64,000 bases of DNA from Oopsacas minuta (Eukaryota; Animalia; Porifera). The translations under genes were made by a program, and so were the position numbers. The DNA lies in NCBI GenBank assembly GCA_024704765.1, contig JAKMXF010000188.1:300718-364717 (forward strand). The letters are read 5' to 3'. The notes beneath the pieces are model-generated. The model ran no database searches and had not been told where the DNA came from. It saw only the letters and a program-made list of their open reading frames with translations. Positions 11,961-23,969 of this stretch are shown in pieces; position 1 is the stretch's first letter, and every line of letters begins with the position of its first letter.

Positions 11961-12341
11961 CTGTTTGCCACTATAATCATACTCATGCATTGGCTGTATA
12001 TCGACCTTATCACGTATGTCCTTCTGTGATAACTTTTCATTTCGCATACTTTTACGCTTGTTGTAGCAGCAATATACACATATTCCTATAACCGCACACA
12101 GGAAATGTTAATGATTACACAAATCACTATGCAAATAGCTGATGCAATTAATATTATATTTGTTCTGTTGTTAAATGTGTCAGCTGTTTGAGTAGTTGTT
12201 CTGTTATTGTTGTTAGTAATGTTGATAGTACCGGTATTATTATTGTTGTTTCTATTGCCGGTATTGTGGGTTCTGTTGTTATTTTTGTTGTCGTTCTATT
12301 GTAGATGTTGTTGTCCCTGCTGCATACATACGTACATAAAC

Positions 12342-12711
12342 CAGTGGCGGAACTACATACGGGCCTACCCGGCCTGTGCCCAGGTACAGGCCCCAGTAAA
12401 TGAAAATTGTCCCTGAGTTGCTAAGATCTGATATAGGTGTAATTCTTATGCTAGATTATTCTTAATTCGATATTTTTAACTAAAATCAGACCGTGTCACC
12501 TCATGTTAATATTTAGCGTCATTATACGCAATTCGTTAGTTTAATTTTATTAACCCATGTTATATAATAATCTAGGAAGATGTAATTTTGAATACACGTA
12601 CTTAGAATGCAATTCCGAGTGTTCTAGCTTCTGGGGTATATTGGCCTTCTAACAAGAGCTATTGATATTTAGCGTTGTGCCCTGGGAAAAAAAGTCCTAG
12701 TTCCGCCACTG
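12342..12711. mobile_element. hAT-type MITE, 370 bp
   Basis: Perfect 14-bp TIR CAGTGGCGGAACTA / TAGTTCCGCCACTG; perfect 8-bp TSD ACATAAAC (12334-12341, 12712-12719). Confidence 0.92.
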
Positions 12712-13943
12712 ACATAAACACACAATCCTATATGTCTATATTATTAAATGTATTTGTAAAACTAACTGACCAATTGTTGTGCTTGTTGTGGTATCAGTGC
12801 CGCTACTCGTATCTAGGCTCGGTCGCAATATATTGTCTCCTGCAGCATCCATGATCTCTATTTCTGTCAGCAACACTGTGCTAGCTCCGACAAAGTTTAT
12901 TTTAAGCAATCCAGTAGAGAATCCGGCAAATGAGTATACAATTCTGACCAAATTTCATCAAACTGTGTATTCAGACCTGACGCAGCCTCTACTCCTACAG
13001 CACTACTGATCCCTAATGAAATGCCACTATTCTCTCCCCAATAGAACACACTGATGCTCTGAATAGTCACATTAGTGCTGAATAGAAATAGAATTTCCGG
13101 ATTGTCTAGATGTTATATGATCACGTCTAACAGTGTAATTTTTGGGCAAGTAAACCACATTATTATTAGGTGATACGTTATTACATCACAGTGTAATCTG
13201 CTAATCAGGTAGTCATATACAGTAGAATTCGGATAAAACATAACCCCAGGGAAAACAAAAATTTGTACACGTGTACTATACTTCACTACACGCGTGTACA
13301 CGGACACTTCGCTACGCAAACACTGCGTTGCACAGTCTTATGGTGGAAACAAAATTTTCGAGGTAGGATTAATTTCCATAGAAAATTGGTCGCGAGCAAA
13401 ATTCTATGGAAAAATGGTCCTAGGGACCATTTTTTAGTGGACCAATTTTCTAGTGACATTGCTATACCTTGGGTTTCCCTATTTGGCTATTTGTCTAACC
13501 GAAGTACTACCGAACGAACACGTTTCACTCGAAGAAATTTCAAATTTGTTGTTTATTTGTGAATTTTGTAACGATTTCTATAAAATATCTAGAATACCTC
13601 ATGAACAACTTTTCCCTATTCTAATCGTAAATATTCTCATTTTCACCTCTCGGCTGGACAGCTACCTCCCTCTAAGCCAAGACAAGGAGGTCGAAAATTA
13701 GGGAGGGAATGTCTCTAGGCGGAATTACTTGAAATATTACACCATTGAATATAGACACATGAAATATTGATTCAGTACCTTTCCACTCTTCAAGAATTAT
13801 ATTTTAGTTAAAATGATACCCCGGGCCCCAAGCTTATTCATATATTATGAGTTTGGAATTCTAATTAAATATTCATATCAATATACGTACAATAGCTGTA
13901 TTATTATTATAACTTGTCTCACTGCTTGTTGGCTACATAGAGC

Positions 13944-16900
13944 ATGGACAAGCTGTACGTAGCGCAGTCTCTGCTACGTCGTCGCAAGCTAGAAGAGTGT
14001 GTAGAGGCGTGCAGTGTCTTACTGGAAGAGAATCCCAGAGACGAGGCAGCTTGGCACCTAAAGTTACGAGCTCTGAGCGAGCAGTTGTATGTAGATGAAA
14101 CAGATGCTGAGGAGGAGGGGATAGCAGAAGTGTTGATGGATGATACTGCTATAGCAGAGGTTAGCACTTTATTGTTTTCCAAGGCAAATGTGTAGCATAA
14201 AATAATATTAATTTTCATCAAGTAAATCTTGCCCGTTTCGTTTCGTTATAGGGGAGCCCTAAATATGTATAAATCTACGAGATGTTGTATATGTGGATAT
14301 ACTCATTATATTTGTTACTGGTCGTGAGTTTTTACTCTGGTTACAACGAAGTATTCAGGACCCCGTTTTCATTTCGTTATATACAGAGAAAATCAATTAC
14401 TCTCAAGTAGGACATTAGTCGATCACCAATTTTATGATCACGATCACATTCGTTCGTTAATAAATGAACGGAGATTGTGATCGCGAACCATGCGCTAAAA
14501 GGATCGCGATCACGTTCACGATCATTTTTCAGATCACTTTTCTGATTTATAAGCATTTCCTAAGGGAGATGCTCTATTACATGCGTCTGTCCATCCTTCC
14601 ATTTGGCCATGCAAAATATACCAGTCCGATTGCCATGAAAATTAGTACATACATTTTGGGGTCTAGATTCAGAAATGTTCAAATTTTGTCCACCTAAAAC
14701 GATCGAAAATATGATCAAACTTTTCGGAAATTTTTCTATTCTATCACTGTTTATAAAATGATCACACGATACTATGCCCTACTTTCAAGCTAGAGGGGGT
14801 AAAGAATCACTTCGTTATAACCGACTTGGTTATAGGCTTATAGCTGGAGTTTACTCTTGTAATTGTATTAATTAGTCTTTTTCCCAAAGGAGGTGGCTAG
14901 CTACCCGAGCTACCCGAGCTAGATCAATCCCCTGATAGAGCATAGCCTAGAGTTATAACAACTCTGACTTGTTTCGTGGTTGAGTATTGTTGAGTTTGTA
15001 AGCAACTTTTTATTTCATATTTTTCAGGAATCAACCATTCCTAATGGATTATATATTCACGGAGCAAAATCGTTCTAAACCTTTCCCGAGGTGTCAGATT
15101 AGCGTAAACCATTTCTTATATTCTACCTGTATATAGTTACCAAGACCAGGGACATCTCTAAAGAAATCTCTCATCACTACCTCAGGAAAAGCTGGTTCCA
15201 CCCCAAGTATACGCCCCACCTCACAGAGCGGACGTCCTCTAACCGGGTTCCTCCGTCCAGGCAGTCAATCCGGCAGACCAACTACTGTCGAAGAAACACT
15301 TCTTACTCCCCGCAGTGCCACTACAGCTCGTCCTGTTACCAGTGCTTCTGGTAGATACGTCAGACTGGGGACAGCCTCTATGCTGACAGAACCAGGAGGT
15401 CCTTTTTTAGACGTATCTAAACTAGATCTACGCAAATATGCACAGAAGCCTGCATTAGCTCGTGTCCTATTCGAGTATCTGTATTACCATGAGAATGATA
15501 CTAAGAACTCTCTGGAGCTAGCAGCACTGTCTACTGCAGCTGCTAGATATCAGGACTGGTGGTGGAAGGTATACACAAAGAATTAATATATAATATCTCG
15601 CTTCGCTTGCTGGGTCACTTCATAAGGCAACTCATAACAGCTGTTTTACCGATAATCTTGTAGTTTAAATTACCAAGATCCTTGGTTAGAATTATGGAGA
15701 CCAGTGGTTCTAACCTTCTGACCTTTTGGCCAATTTCATGGGGTTTGCGAACCCCCTGCCATTAAACCTAATTCAGAAATTTTTAGGGCCACGACCCCAG
15801 GTTGAGAATCACTGCTATAGACTAGGATAATAGTCCTCTCAAATACCTAAGCCATCACTCAAAAGTGTATCTTAAATTCTATAATTTAATTCCTTTATTT
15901 CCTGGTAGATCTTGTTATAAAAGTTCCAAAGAAATTTGTAATTGCATAATGCAGTGGCTGGCTGGCTGGCTGCCTGGCTGGCTCCGCTTAATTGGTTCAC
16001 TTCTAGCTCAAATCATTTCGACCTGATTAACCGGAACTACTTAATACTATTTCCATGGTTCTGTTTCTGGCTAAGTAAACCGATTAACCGTGACTCAAGC
16101 AGTGCGATTTGAGGATCTGCAAGCTCGGGGCGGGTCAGACATGGGGCAAATCCCACCCTAGGACTTCGGACCGAGCTTAGCCGGTGACCTTATCATCCAC
16201 TAACCTTTTCCAATTAATATCACTTCTGTTCTTACACACACCGTACATATTAATTGTAACTACAGATACAACTGGGGAAATGCTACCTCAGACTGGGTAT
16301 GCTAAGAGAAGCAGAACAACAGTTACGTTCCTCTCTCAAGAATCTAGAGACCGTAGACTGCTACCTGTATCTCGGCAAGGTCTACAATAGGCTGGATCAG
16401 CCATTGTCTGCACTTAAGTGCTACGAGCAGGGATTACAGAGATATCCAGAAGAGATTCTACTGTTGGTTTGCAGTGCACGTATTCATGAAGCTTTAAATG
16501 ACTCAGACAAATCAATTAGTCTGTATAAGCAGGTGTTACAGCTGGATAATACTAATGTAGAGTCAATAGCCAGTATAGCTACTCATCACTTTTACACTGA
16601 CCAGCCTGAAATTGCTCTAAGGTAGGATAATATATTATTATGTAAGGATATTGATATATAAATATGTTATTCAGATGGAGCGCCTTGTTGCGATATATTT
16701 TTATTTCCATGGCGATTAGGCTACTGAGTCACCCTAGTTGCATTACAATGCTAACAGTTGCCGCCTCACGTTCTATTGGATGGTCTTGTAGTTAATGGTT
16801 GATGCTGGCAGGGTTGCCAACACATGGAGTGTAGAGCGTAGGGTGGGTTTTGACCCATCCTTGCTTTGTCAATTATTTGGATCAATACGTATGTCTATAA

Positions 16901-17955
16901 ATCGTAGTCAAATACATACAGGCACCCCTTGGGGTTACGTTCCTGAAAAATTTTTGACAATTTTATGATATCTATTTGAGGTTCAAATGTTTCCACCATT
17001 TAATTAATTGCAAATGATAAATACCATTTGTGAATTAGTGGGCTTTCAGATAGCAGTAATTTACAAATGCATTAATCAGCTGATATCTATCATACATCTG
17101 TAAGATGTCTCTACAACACCTGTGTAAAGTGAAATTGACTAAAATGACAAACTAAGTAACGTTAATTCTCTATTCGGAATATTACAATCCATAATCGTTA
17201 TATCGCTTCATCGGTCATACTACGTACGTATGACGACTCAAGGGCTGCGGAAAGTGCCAAATAGCGGCCAGGTAATTGGCTTGATCTCTTGTTTGGTGAT
17301 CAGGTCCGACTATATACAATAGAACAAGCCATGGCATAAAGTGGTCTGGCTATAGCTTCACTGGCCTTATCGTTTCCGCCACCCCCTGTATCTCTTTTCA
17401 TCAATGAATTAATCCTCTTTATAATCATGTCCTGTATCTACTGTCTACAGGTTCTACCACAGACTTCTACAGATGGGAGTATATAACGCAGAGATATATA
17501 ACAACCTAGCTCTCTGTTCTTTCTACGCACAGCAATACGATATGTGTATGTGCTGCTTTCAGCGTGCTATAGACCTGTCTTCTAACGAGACAGCTGGAGA
17601 TGTCTGGTACAATCTGGGTAATGTGTTGGTAGCCATGGGAGAGCTTAGACTCAGTCATCAATGTTATAAATTAGCTCTCTCGTCTCAACCTGAACATGCT
17701 GAAGCTTATAATAACCTAGCTGTGCTAGAGTGGAGACGTAACAAGCATGAACAAGCAAAGTCATATCTGCTAGAAAGTGCTTCTCTCAACCCGCGCACTT
17801 ATGAGCCTCATTTCAACTTAGCTCTGATATCTGATAAGATTGGAGATCTACAGAGTAGTTATAAAGCTGTTAATAAGAGTATAGAAGCTTATCCAGACCA
17901 CTCAGATTCCAAAGAGCTATTGAAAGCTATTCAATCTCACTTTAGATCATTTTAA
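13944..17955 (+). CDS. TTC8: Tetratricopeptide repeat protein 8 (BBSome subunit BBS8), ~502 aa; exons 13944-14159, 15137-15568, 16266-16621, 17451-17955
   Basis: Recognisable BBS8 motifs (AAWHLKLRAL, PRPGTSL, RPVTSASGRYVRLGTASML, DWWWK|IQLGKCY, FYTDQPEIALR|FYHRLLQMG, YAQQYDM, AEAYNNLAVLE, YEPHFN, KIGDLQSSY); GT-AG junctions give consistent phases (0,0,2). Confidence 0.95.
15702..15814. mobile_element. Degenerate Buster/Charlie-type hAT MITE in TTC8 intron 2
   Basis: CAGTGGTTCTAACCT ... AGGTTGAGAATCACTG imperfect TIRs; flanks only partly duplicated (ATGGAGAC/CTATAGAC). Confidence 0.6.
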
Positions 17956-19983
17956 ACTACACTACAATGTGTTGTATTGGAATCTGAGATTGATAGTAAT
18001 ATACTCGGATAGCTAGAATTTGTCCGAAAAAAATTTGGATTTTTCCATAAGTTCAGCCTTCAGGATTGGAATTTGTTCTGAAATTTTGAAAAAAACACTA
18101 AAAATATGAGATGATTTACAATTTAGTTGTACCGGGAGCATTCGAACATTCGAAATTAAATTTTGTCCTAAGAATCGATTTTTGATTTGGTCCTAAACTC
18201 AAATACTCAATTTCTCCCAAAATTTACTATATTTTTCTTTGGATAATACACCCGCCAGAAACCATTGGGTGGCTAAGAAGTCTGGACAACAGTCCTGGGA
18301 AAGATATATACTAATCCAAGGGAAAATTCTTCACAACCTACTTAACAGTGAATATAAATACACAAATCGAACAATTTTAGCTGGTTTATCCACTAACCCG
18401 CATCCCCCTAAACATTTTGAAAGTTAGGACAAAATCCAATATCAAAAGTTAGGAGAAATTCCAATAATAGTTAGGACAATTTCAGGTTTCCTATATACTC
18501 TATTATATCACAAGTATTAAAATACGAGCCTTTGGCTCGTCGCTTCGCGATTAATTCCGCTTCCCCTTGATGTATAGTTAATTTACAATTGGCTGGTGGC
18601 CCTTAATGAGATTTATTTAGTTAAGGAACTTGGTGTAGTGCAAAGGGTTCATATAAGAGAAAGTTCATAATATGCGACCCTCACTGTAATTTCAATTCGC
18701 TTAAAATGAGGTCTATTATGAACCATTTTTGGCCCATAGGGCTTCACATTAATCGACCCTGATGTATTTGGTGAGGTTCATTATATTCATGTCCACAACT
18801 GATTGGAATAATTCTATAGTCTAGCTTCTCAGATCCTATAAATATATACATTATTAACACCGGAAATAAGAACCATGCTCTAGAAACGGTTGCATATATT
18901 CATGTATATTTTATTCCCGTTATAAGAACATATATTGCTACTCCCAAGGGTGTTCTTATAACCGACATCCACTGTATTTCTATATTCTTAGTTATAGGTA
19001 GATGAATAATGAATATCGTTTTGCTTCTATTAAGATATGGTTGATAAATATTTAAAATTATATTATCAATCTATTTGTTCATTCGTTGTAAGTGCAATAT
19101 GCACATTTAAACTAGATAAGAGAACAATATCATAGCTGCCAACCATCCAGGAATCCTGCATTATCTAGGGATTAGACTTATGGGGCAGGGGAAATATTGG
19201 ATATTTCTGTCTTTTTCTCTTAAAAAAGGAAAAATTCATATTTACGTGTATTTGCATATAAAATTAAATATCCATGGAAAATTTGAAATCAGGAATTTCG
19301 ACAAAAATATCCAAGAAACAGTTACAAGAGATTGAATCTATTCAAAAATGTACAGTCGACAGACTTGGAGTGCAGTTTGATGTTATTTTCTACCCAACAA
19401 CCTTGATTATAGCATTCTATACACTAAGGCAGCGGTTCCCAACCTGTGATCACTTATACGTAGGTCAAATTATGAAAATATCAGTATAGTAAATCATGGA
19501 GCCGTAGATATACAATTGAAAATGTCAAAATTAGAATCTACACACATGTTTGAAATATCTTGATAATTAATTTACTCTAACTTGCAGTTGAAACGAAATC
19601 TCCAGCATTATTTTGAATTTAGGCGAAAAGTTGCGAAAATATGATAACTCAGTGTATTTGTAAATTCCTATCCTGAAAATCTCAGGATCGGACTCTACAT
19701 ACCCAATTACCCTGTCAAGATTTTGAAACCAATTCCTAGTATCTTTTTAGATTTACATATACGTAAAGGTGTGAAATATTAGTAATCACTAAACAGTGTG
19801 AAATAATTTCAATCCCAGGCGTAAATCCACACCTAAAATATACACGTGCCGATTTATCCATCGGTCTGGTAGATTCTGCGACCGTGCGTGGAATCTAGGG
19901 ACGACTTCACGAATAGTTCATTTCAATTGGCATTGGGCACTCACTAAAATATATTCGTATAATTTTCTATTGAATAAAATTAG

Positions 19984-21114
19984 ATGCGAAACAGATTTGT
20001 GTTTCTAATTGGAACATTGATGTTAGTCATCTTTGTGTTGAAATTATTAATAACATTAAATGACTCAAAAGACTGTGATGTAAATCTTTTGCTCCAACCT
20101 CATCAAATGAACAACTATTTCAATGCTACACTAGAATTGGATAAACTTAGTGGAGACCTGAATGTTAATACAACACCTACTCAGATTCAAATGGAGTCAA
20201 ACACAATTTTCTTAACTGATGACAATACGAATGACCATAAATATTCCATTCTAAATACAAAGTTTAATTATAAGAAGCCAGGGTACTATCATCCATTTAT
20301 TTTGCTTAGTGACGTTTCAATAGACAAGTTTCGTATAATTCCAGAGAAAAGGCGGAACGATTATAAATTCGTGTATGGAATTCCAACAGTAGCCAGGCCT
20401 CAAAAAGAAAAGTATTTACTCGACACTTTAGATTCTCTCCTGAAAGATCCTGCTAGTTTTCGAGAGCTCAATATTCTAATTATCATTTTTGTTGCTGACA
20501 TAGACACTGATAGATGTACATCTATTACATCCATTGTTACAGAGAGACATGGAGAGCTCATTGATAGAGGATTCATAGAGATCCTCTGTCCGCATCCTAC
20601 TCTCTACCCCTCTCTAGATAATGTGAGGCAGACCTTAGGTGATCCAGAAGATCGGTTTAAGTGGCGGTCAAAACAGAATTTAGATTATGCTTTCATGATG
20701 TGGTACGCCAGTGGAAAAGGAGAGTATTACTTACAATTGGAGGATGACATCATAGCTAGCAGAGGGTATACTTACCACATCAACGATTATGTGAACAAAG
20801 TGAAGGATGATTTTTGGTTTGTTATACGCTTTACACAGTTGGGATTTATAGGCAAGTTAATGAGGGCTAACGATCTGATATCATTTGTTCAATATCTACT
20901 TCTCTTCTACACGAATCAACCATCTGATTGGTTACTATACGATTATACAAGGGGACTTATTTGTTACTATGAAGATCCGATAACGGAATGTCCATCTCTT
21001 GTGAAAAAGCTTTATTTATTTTATACACCTTCCCTATTTCAACATATGGGAACTATATCTAGTCTTAAGGGTAAGATTCAGAATTTAAAGGACCCTACTT
21101 TTAAGCGGAATTGA
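19984..21114 (+). CDS. MGAT4: Alpha-1,3-mannosyl-glycoprotein 4-beta-N-acetylglucosaminyltransferase (MGAT4/GnT-IV family, GT54), 376 aa, no C-terminal lectin domain
   Basis: N-terminal TM; GIPTVARP..YLLDTLDSL, WRSKQNLDYAFMM, YYLQLEDDIIA, FTQLGFIGKL, PSLFQHMGTISSLKGKIQNLKD motifs. Confidence 0.9.
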   Translation: MRNRFVFLIGTLMLVIFVLKLLITLNDSKDCDVNLLLQPHQMNNYFNATLELDKLSGDLNVNTTPTQIQMESNTIFLTDDNTNDHKYSILNTKFNYKKPGYYHPFILLSDVSIDKFRIIPEKRRNDYKFVYGIPTVARPQKEKYLLDTLDSLLKDPASFRELNILIIIFVADIDTDRCTSITSIVTERHGELIDRGFIEILCPHPTLYPSLDNVRQTLGDPEDRFKWRSKQNLDYAFMMWYASGKGEYYLQLEDDIIASRGYTYHINDYVNKVKDDFWFVIRFTQLGFIGKLMRANDLISFVQYLLLFYTNQPSDWLLYDYTRGLICYYEDPITECPSLVKKLYLFYTPSLFQHMGTISSLKGKIQNLKDPTFKRN

Positions 21115-21255
21115 GCACACCGCCCAGCCCCTTTATTTTTGCTTTTAATATGTATATATATATATTATGCTGTCTGTTTCATACTGGTTTAACACAAATG
21201 TAACGAAATTCTCACTGAATAGTGTTCCCGAATTCCCGGACACAATTAACTTGTA

Positions 21256-21349
21256 CAGTGATTCTTAACCATTTTTCACCTGCGGACCCCTGTCATTACC
21301 CATAATGCAAACTTTTTGGGGGTCACAAACCTTAGGTTGAGGATCACTG
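21256..21349. mobile_element. Degenerate Buster/Charlie-like MITE
   Basis: CAGTGATTCTTAACC ... GGTTGAGGATCACTG imperfect TIRs; no clear TSD. Confidence 0.5.
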
Positions 21350-21614
21350 CACTACTATTCACGGATCACCGATCCCAACAACTAGGGTTTGGAAAGTACA
21401 GCTATCTAATCAAAAAAGTGTTATAACCGTAAAGTTAACACGAAAATAAGAGTGTTAGTTCATTATGGAGTATTACTACTGTGGATTTTAGTGTTTGATT
21501 TATTGAACTTCGAATTTATTTATTTTGTATTTCTAAGAGTGAACCAGATTGATAGGGTATGCTGCATGCACCCAATCAATACCTTATTTTATTCTGGTAA
21601 CTCAATCTGGATAT

Positions 21615-22463
21615 ATGCTAGTGATTATAAAATTGAAACAAAATTCTATTAAACTGGCTACACAAACTCCTGGAGTATCAGAAGCTGAGTGGGAGTTACA
21701 ATTAGAAGACTTACAAGCTGTTCTCTACACATATGACTCATCTGCTACAAATACACAACAAGATACACCTTCTCATTCTATTTCTGCTGATTTATTGAAT
21801 GATTCTGAGACAATACAAGTCTCTATTACACATCCTATATATCTAGATATCATTCTAGAAGCAAGTATATCCAAGACAAACATCTCTCCTTCACTCTCAG
21901 TAAAATCTACAAATGTCAGTCTAACTAATGAAATATCCGAAATAAATAAACTAATACAATTACATCTATTTTCGTCCCTTATGGAAGCTTGTATAGAAAT
22001 ATTTGAGAAAATAAACCAAAATATAAACATTGGACATCCTGTAAAGCTAGATAACAATTTAGATAATGCTCTTGATAAAATCTGTCATTATCTTGTAATG
22101 AAGATTGATCATATGCATGATGAGAAGAGATATATGAAATATATACAAAATTTCAGTAAACAAACTGGTATCTTTGTTCTGATAATTTTTACAAGAAAAA
22201 TCTATTTTATTTTACTCGCTGCAGATAGAAATGGGTTAGATCAGTTCTTACAAATGATGCGTACTGTCAATGTAGATGTAGATAGGAAGAGTAGACCTTG
22301 TAAGGAGAGAATGATGAAGATATTGGTAGAGAATACATCGAATAAGACACAAATACCTGAACCAATCACAATTAAGATATACAAACATTTGAGTAAGGAA
22401 GATTTATCTTCAGTGTTATTAAGTTATCATCTACCTCTACATCTTATTAATCTATTGTTTTGA
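21615..22463 (+). CDS. RWDD3: RWD domain-containing protein 3 (RSUME)-like
   Basis: C-terminal KIDHMHDEKRYMKYIQNF..ILLAADRNGLDQFLQMMRTVNVDVDRKSRPCKERMMKIL matches recalled RWDD3 (LDHMRAKTKY..VDVDSSGKKCKEKM); N-terminal ELQLEDLQAVLYTY is an RWD start; first ATG at 21615 (start uncertain). Confidence 0.8.
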   Translation: MLVIIKLKQNSIKLATQTPGVSEAEWELQLEDLQAVLYTYDSSATNTQQDTPSHSISADLLNDSETIQVSITHPIYLDIILEASISKTNISPSLSVKSTNVSLTNEISEINKLIQLHLFSSLMEACIEIFEKINQNINIGHPVKLDNNLDNALDKICHYLVMKIDHMHDEKRYMKYIQNFSKQTGIFVLIIFTRKIYFILLAADRNGLDQFLQMMRTVNVDVDRKSRPCKERMMKILVENTSNKTQIPEPITIKIYKHLSKEDLSSVLLSYHLPLHLINLLF

Positions 22464-23057
22464 TTCATTTAATACAATTCTTCTAATCTGCAATCTAAGC
22501 TGGGGTTATTACATATTGTTTCGTATTAACACCTTGAGGAATAAGGACGTTACTATGTTAATAATAGATAACACTTGTCATACAATAAAGTTACATGTAA
22601 AATATATTAATCTACACTTCCTGTAAAGAAATTTTTTTAGCTGTTTTTGTGAATTATGAATGGTATTTGAATTGAATTAAAACAACAGAATTACCTACCA
22701 TAACCAGAGACTCAGAATTGTATTAGTAACTTTCCATTGTTTACAATTTGACTCTGATTAGTATCGAATCTCACCTTATATTTGGAGTACCTATCTTTAT
22801 CCATAATTCATAAGGAGGTAGAGTATTTACTTGGATTAGTTAGAGCGAAAATTGCAATTTATTCCAGCTTTCCCTACTGTATGTTTACCCCAGTTATTAA
22901 ATATACCATTTTGGGAGCTTCTTTTGGCTGCGATCTTCAAAACTGACGTTTCCTCAATCCCATTTTGCATACTAGGAGTAACCACACCTTAAAATTCTCA
23001 ATTTGGTTGTAAGATGCTGCTCTTATATGTTTTACTAATAGATTTTCTGTAATAATA

Positions 23058-23930
23058 ATGCTCAGATTTTTCAAAGACAAGCTCAAAAAATCCTCTGTAT
23101 ACAACCCCCATCCCCCTGCACCTATTGTATTTGATACTGGAGTATATAACCTAGGTCTAGCATTGAATAAAGAAAGAAATATATTCTTAGTGTATGGTGT
23201 TGGCAAACGAATATCTTGTTATTGTTGTATTTTTACATTAGAAGGTGAACTCATGACTCGGGTTTCTCTTGGATTTACAATCAGATTACCCATCTCCCGT
23301 AATCCTCCGTTTGCTAACTTTACTGACGAACGAATTTTACTAGAAATGGATGGTAACATAATCCGTGAAATTTTTGACTCAGGAGTTAATGTAATATGTT
23401 TTGACGCAAAAATTATAGGTGTTAATGAAGATGGCAATTATTATGTCATTCTACACCATACTTCAAACTTTGTTATATGTTCTCCTTCCGGCACTCAACT
23501 ATTTTCTATGAATCCTTCATTAGAAAAATGGAGAAATGAACGGTTCTTCGTTGCAGATAATACTTTATTTCTTCTAGAAATTTGTCGGAGGAAGCAAACT
23601 CATAAAATCAGTATTAACATAAAACGACCAAAAACTCAATTGAATATTCACAAATATTCCCTAACTACAGGAGAACCTTTAGAGACAGCAACATATTTGA
23701 TTCCACCCCGTTTTAACAGATGTTCTATAGACCAATCCAATAATGTTATTATAGACTTTCGTATGTCTAATGAGTATTGTGTATGTTATAGTGATGGAAG
23801 AGTTGCGGACTACAAGTTTGAAGATGAAATTAAGGATGGACCCATTACCAGTGAAGATTTCTTAATTACAGAAAACCTCCAACTTATTCGTATTTTCGAA
23901 AGAGAATGTAAAATTTATAATCTATTGTAA
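23058..23930 (+). CDS. Uncharacterised beta-propeller-like protein, paralog A (290 aa)
   Basis: Intact ORF clearly paralogous to 32436-33314; NHL-like short beta repeats (GLALNKERNIFLVY, IIGVNEDGNYYV, SIDQSNNVII); an AG just upstream could mean it is a terminal exon. Confidence 0.7.
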   Translation: MLRFFKDKLKKSSVYNPHPPAPIVFDTGVYNLGLALNKERNIFLVYGVGKRISCYCCIFTLEGELMTRVSLGFTIRLPISRNPPFANFTDERILLEMDGNIIREIFDSGVNVICFDAKIIGVNEDGNYYVILHHTSNFVICSPSGTQLFSMNPSLEKWRNERFFVADNTLFLLEICRRKQTHKISINIKRPKTQLNIHKYSLTTGEPLETATYLIPPRFNRCSIDQSNNVIIDFRMSNEYCVCYSDGRVADYKFEDEIKDGPITSEDFLITENLQLIRIFERECKIYNLL

Positions 23931-23969
23931 TATAATATACGCATATGTATATTGTATAATATGAAATGA

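Larger units (their letters stand above)
11799..13120 (-). pseudogene. Frameshifted type-I membrane receptor-like gene: beta-rich ectodomain fragment, Thr/Asn-rich stalk, TM helix, cytoplasmic tail with tandem NPDY/YxxM
   Basis: Manual minus-strand translation: NPEILFLFSTNVTIQSISVFYW / IVYSFAGFSTGLLKINFVGASTVLLTEIEI..DTTTSTTI; probable donor GTCAGT at ~12771; N-rich stalk NNNRTHNTG..NITNNNNRTTT; TM NIILIASAICIVICVII / FLCAVIGICVYCCYNKRK; then the tail. Needs about three frame changes. Confidence 0.6.

Noticed and set aside
12207-12416. Hydrophobic plus-strand ORF
   Set aside because: Antisense of the Asn/Thr-rich stalk; runs into the hAT MITE
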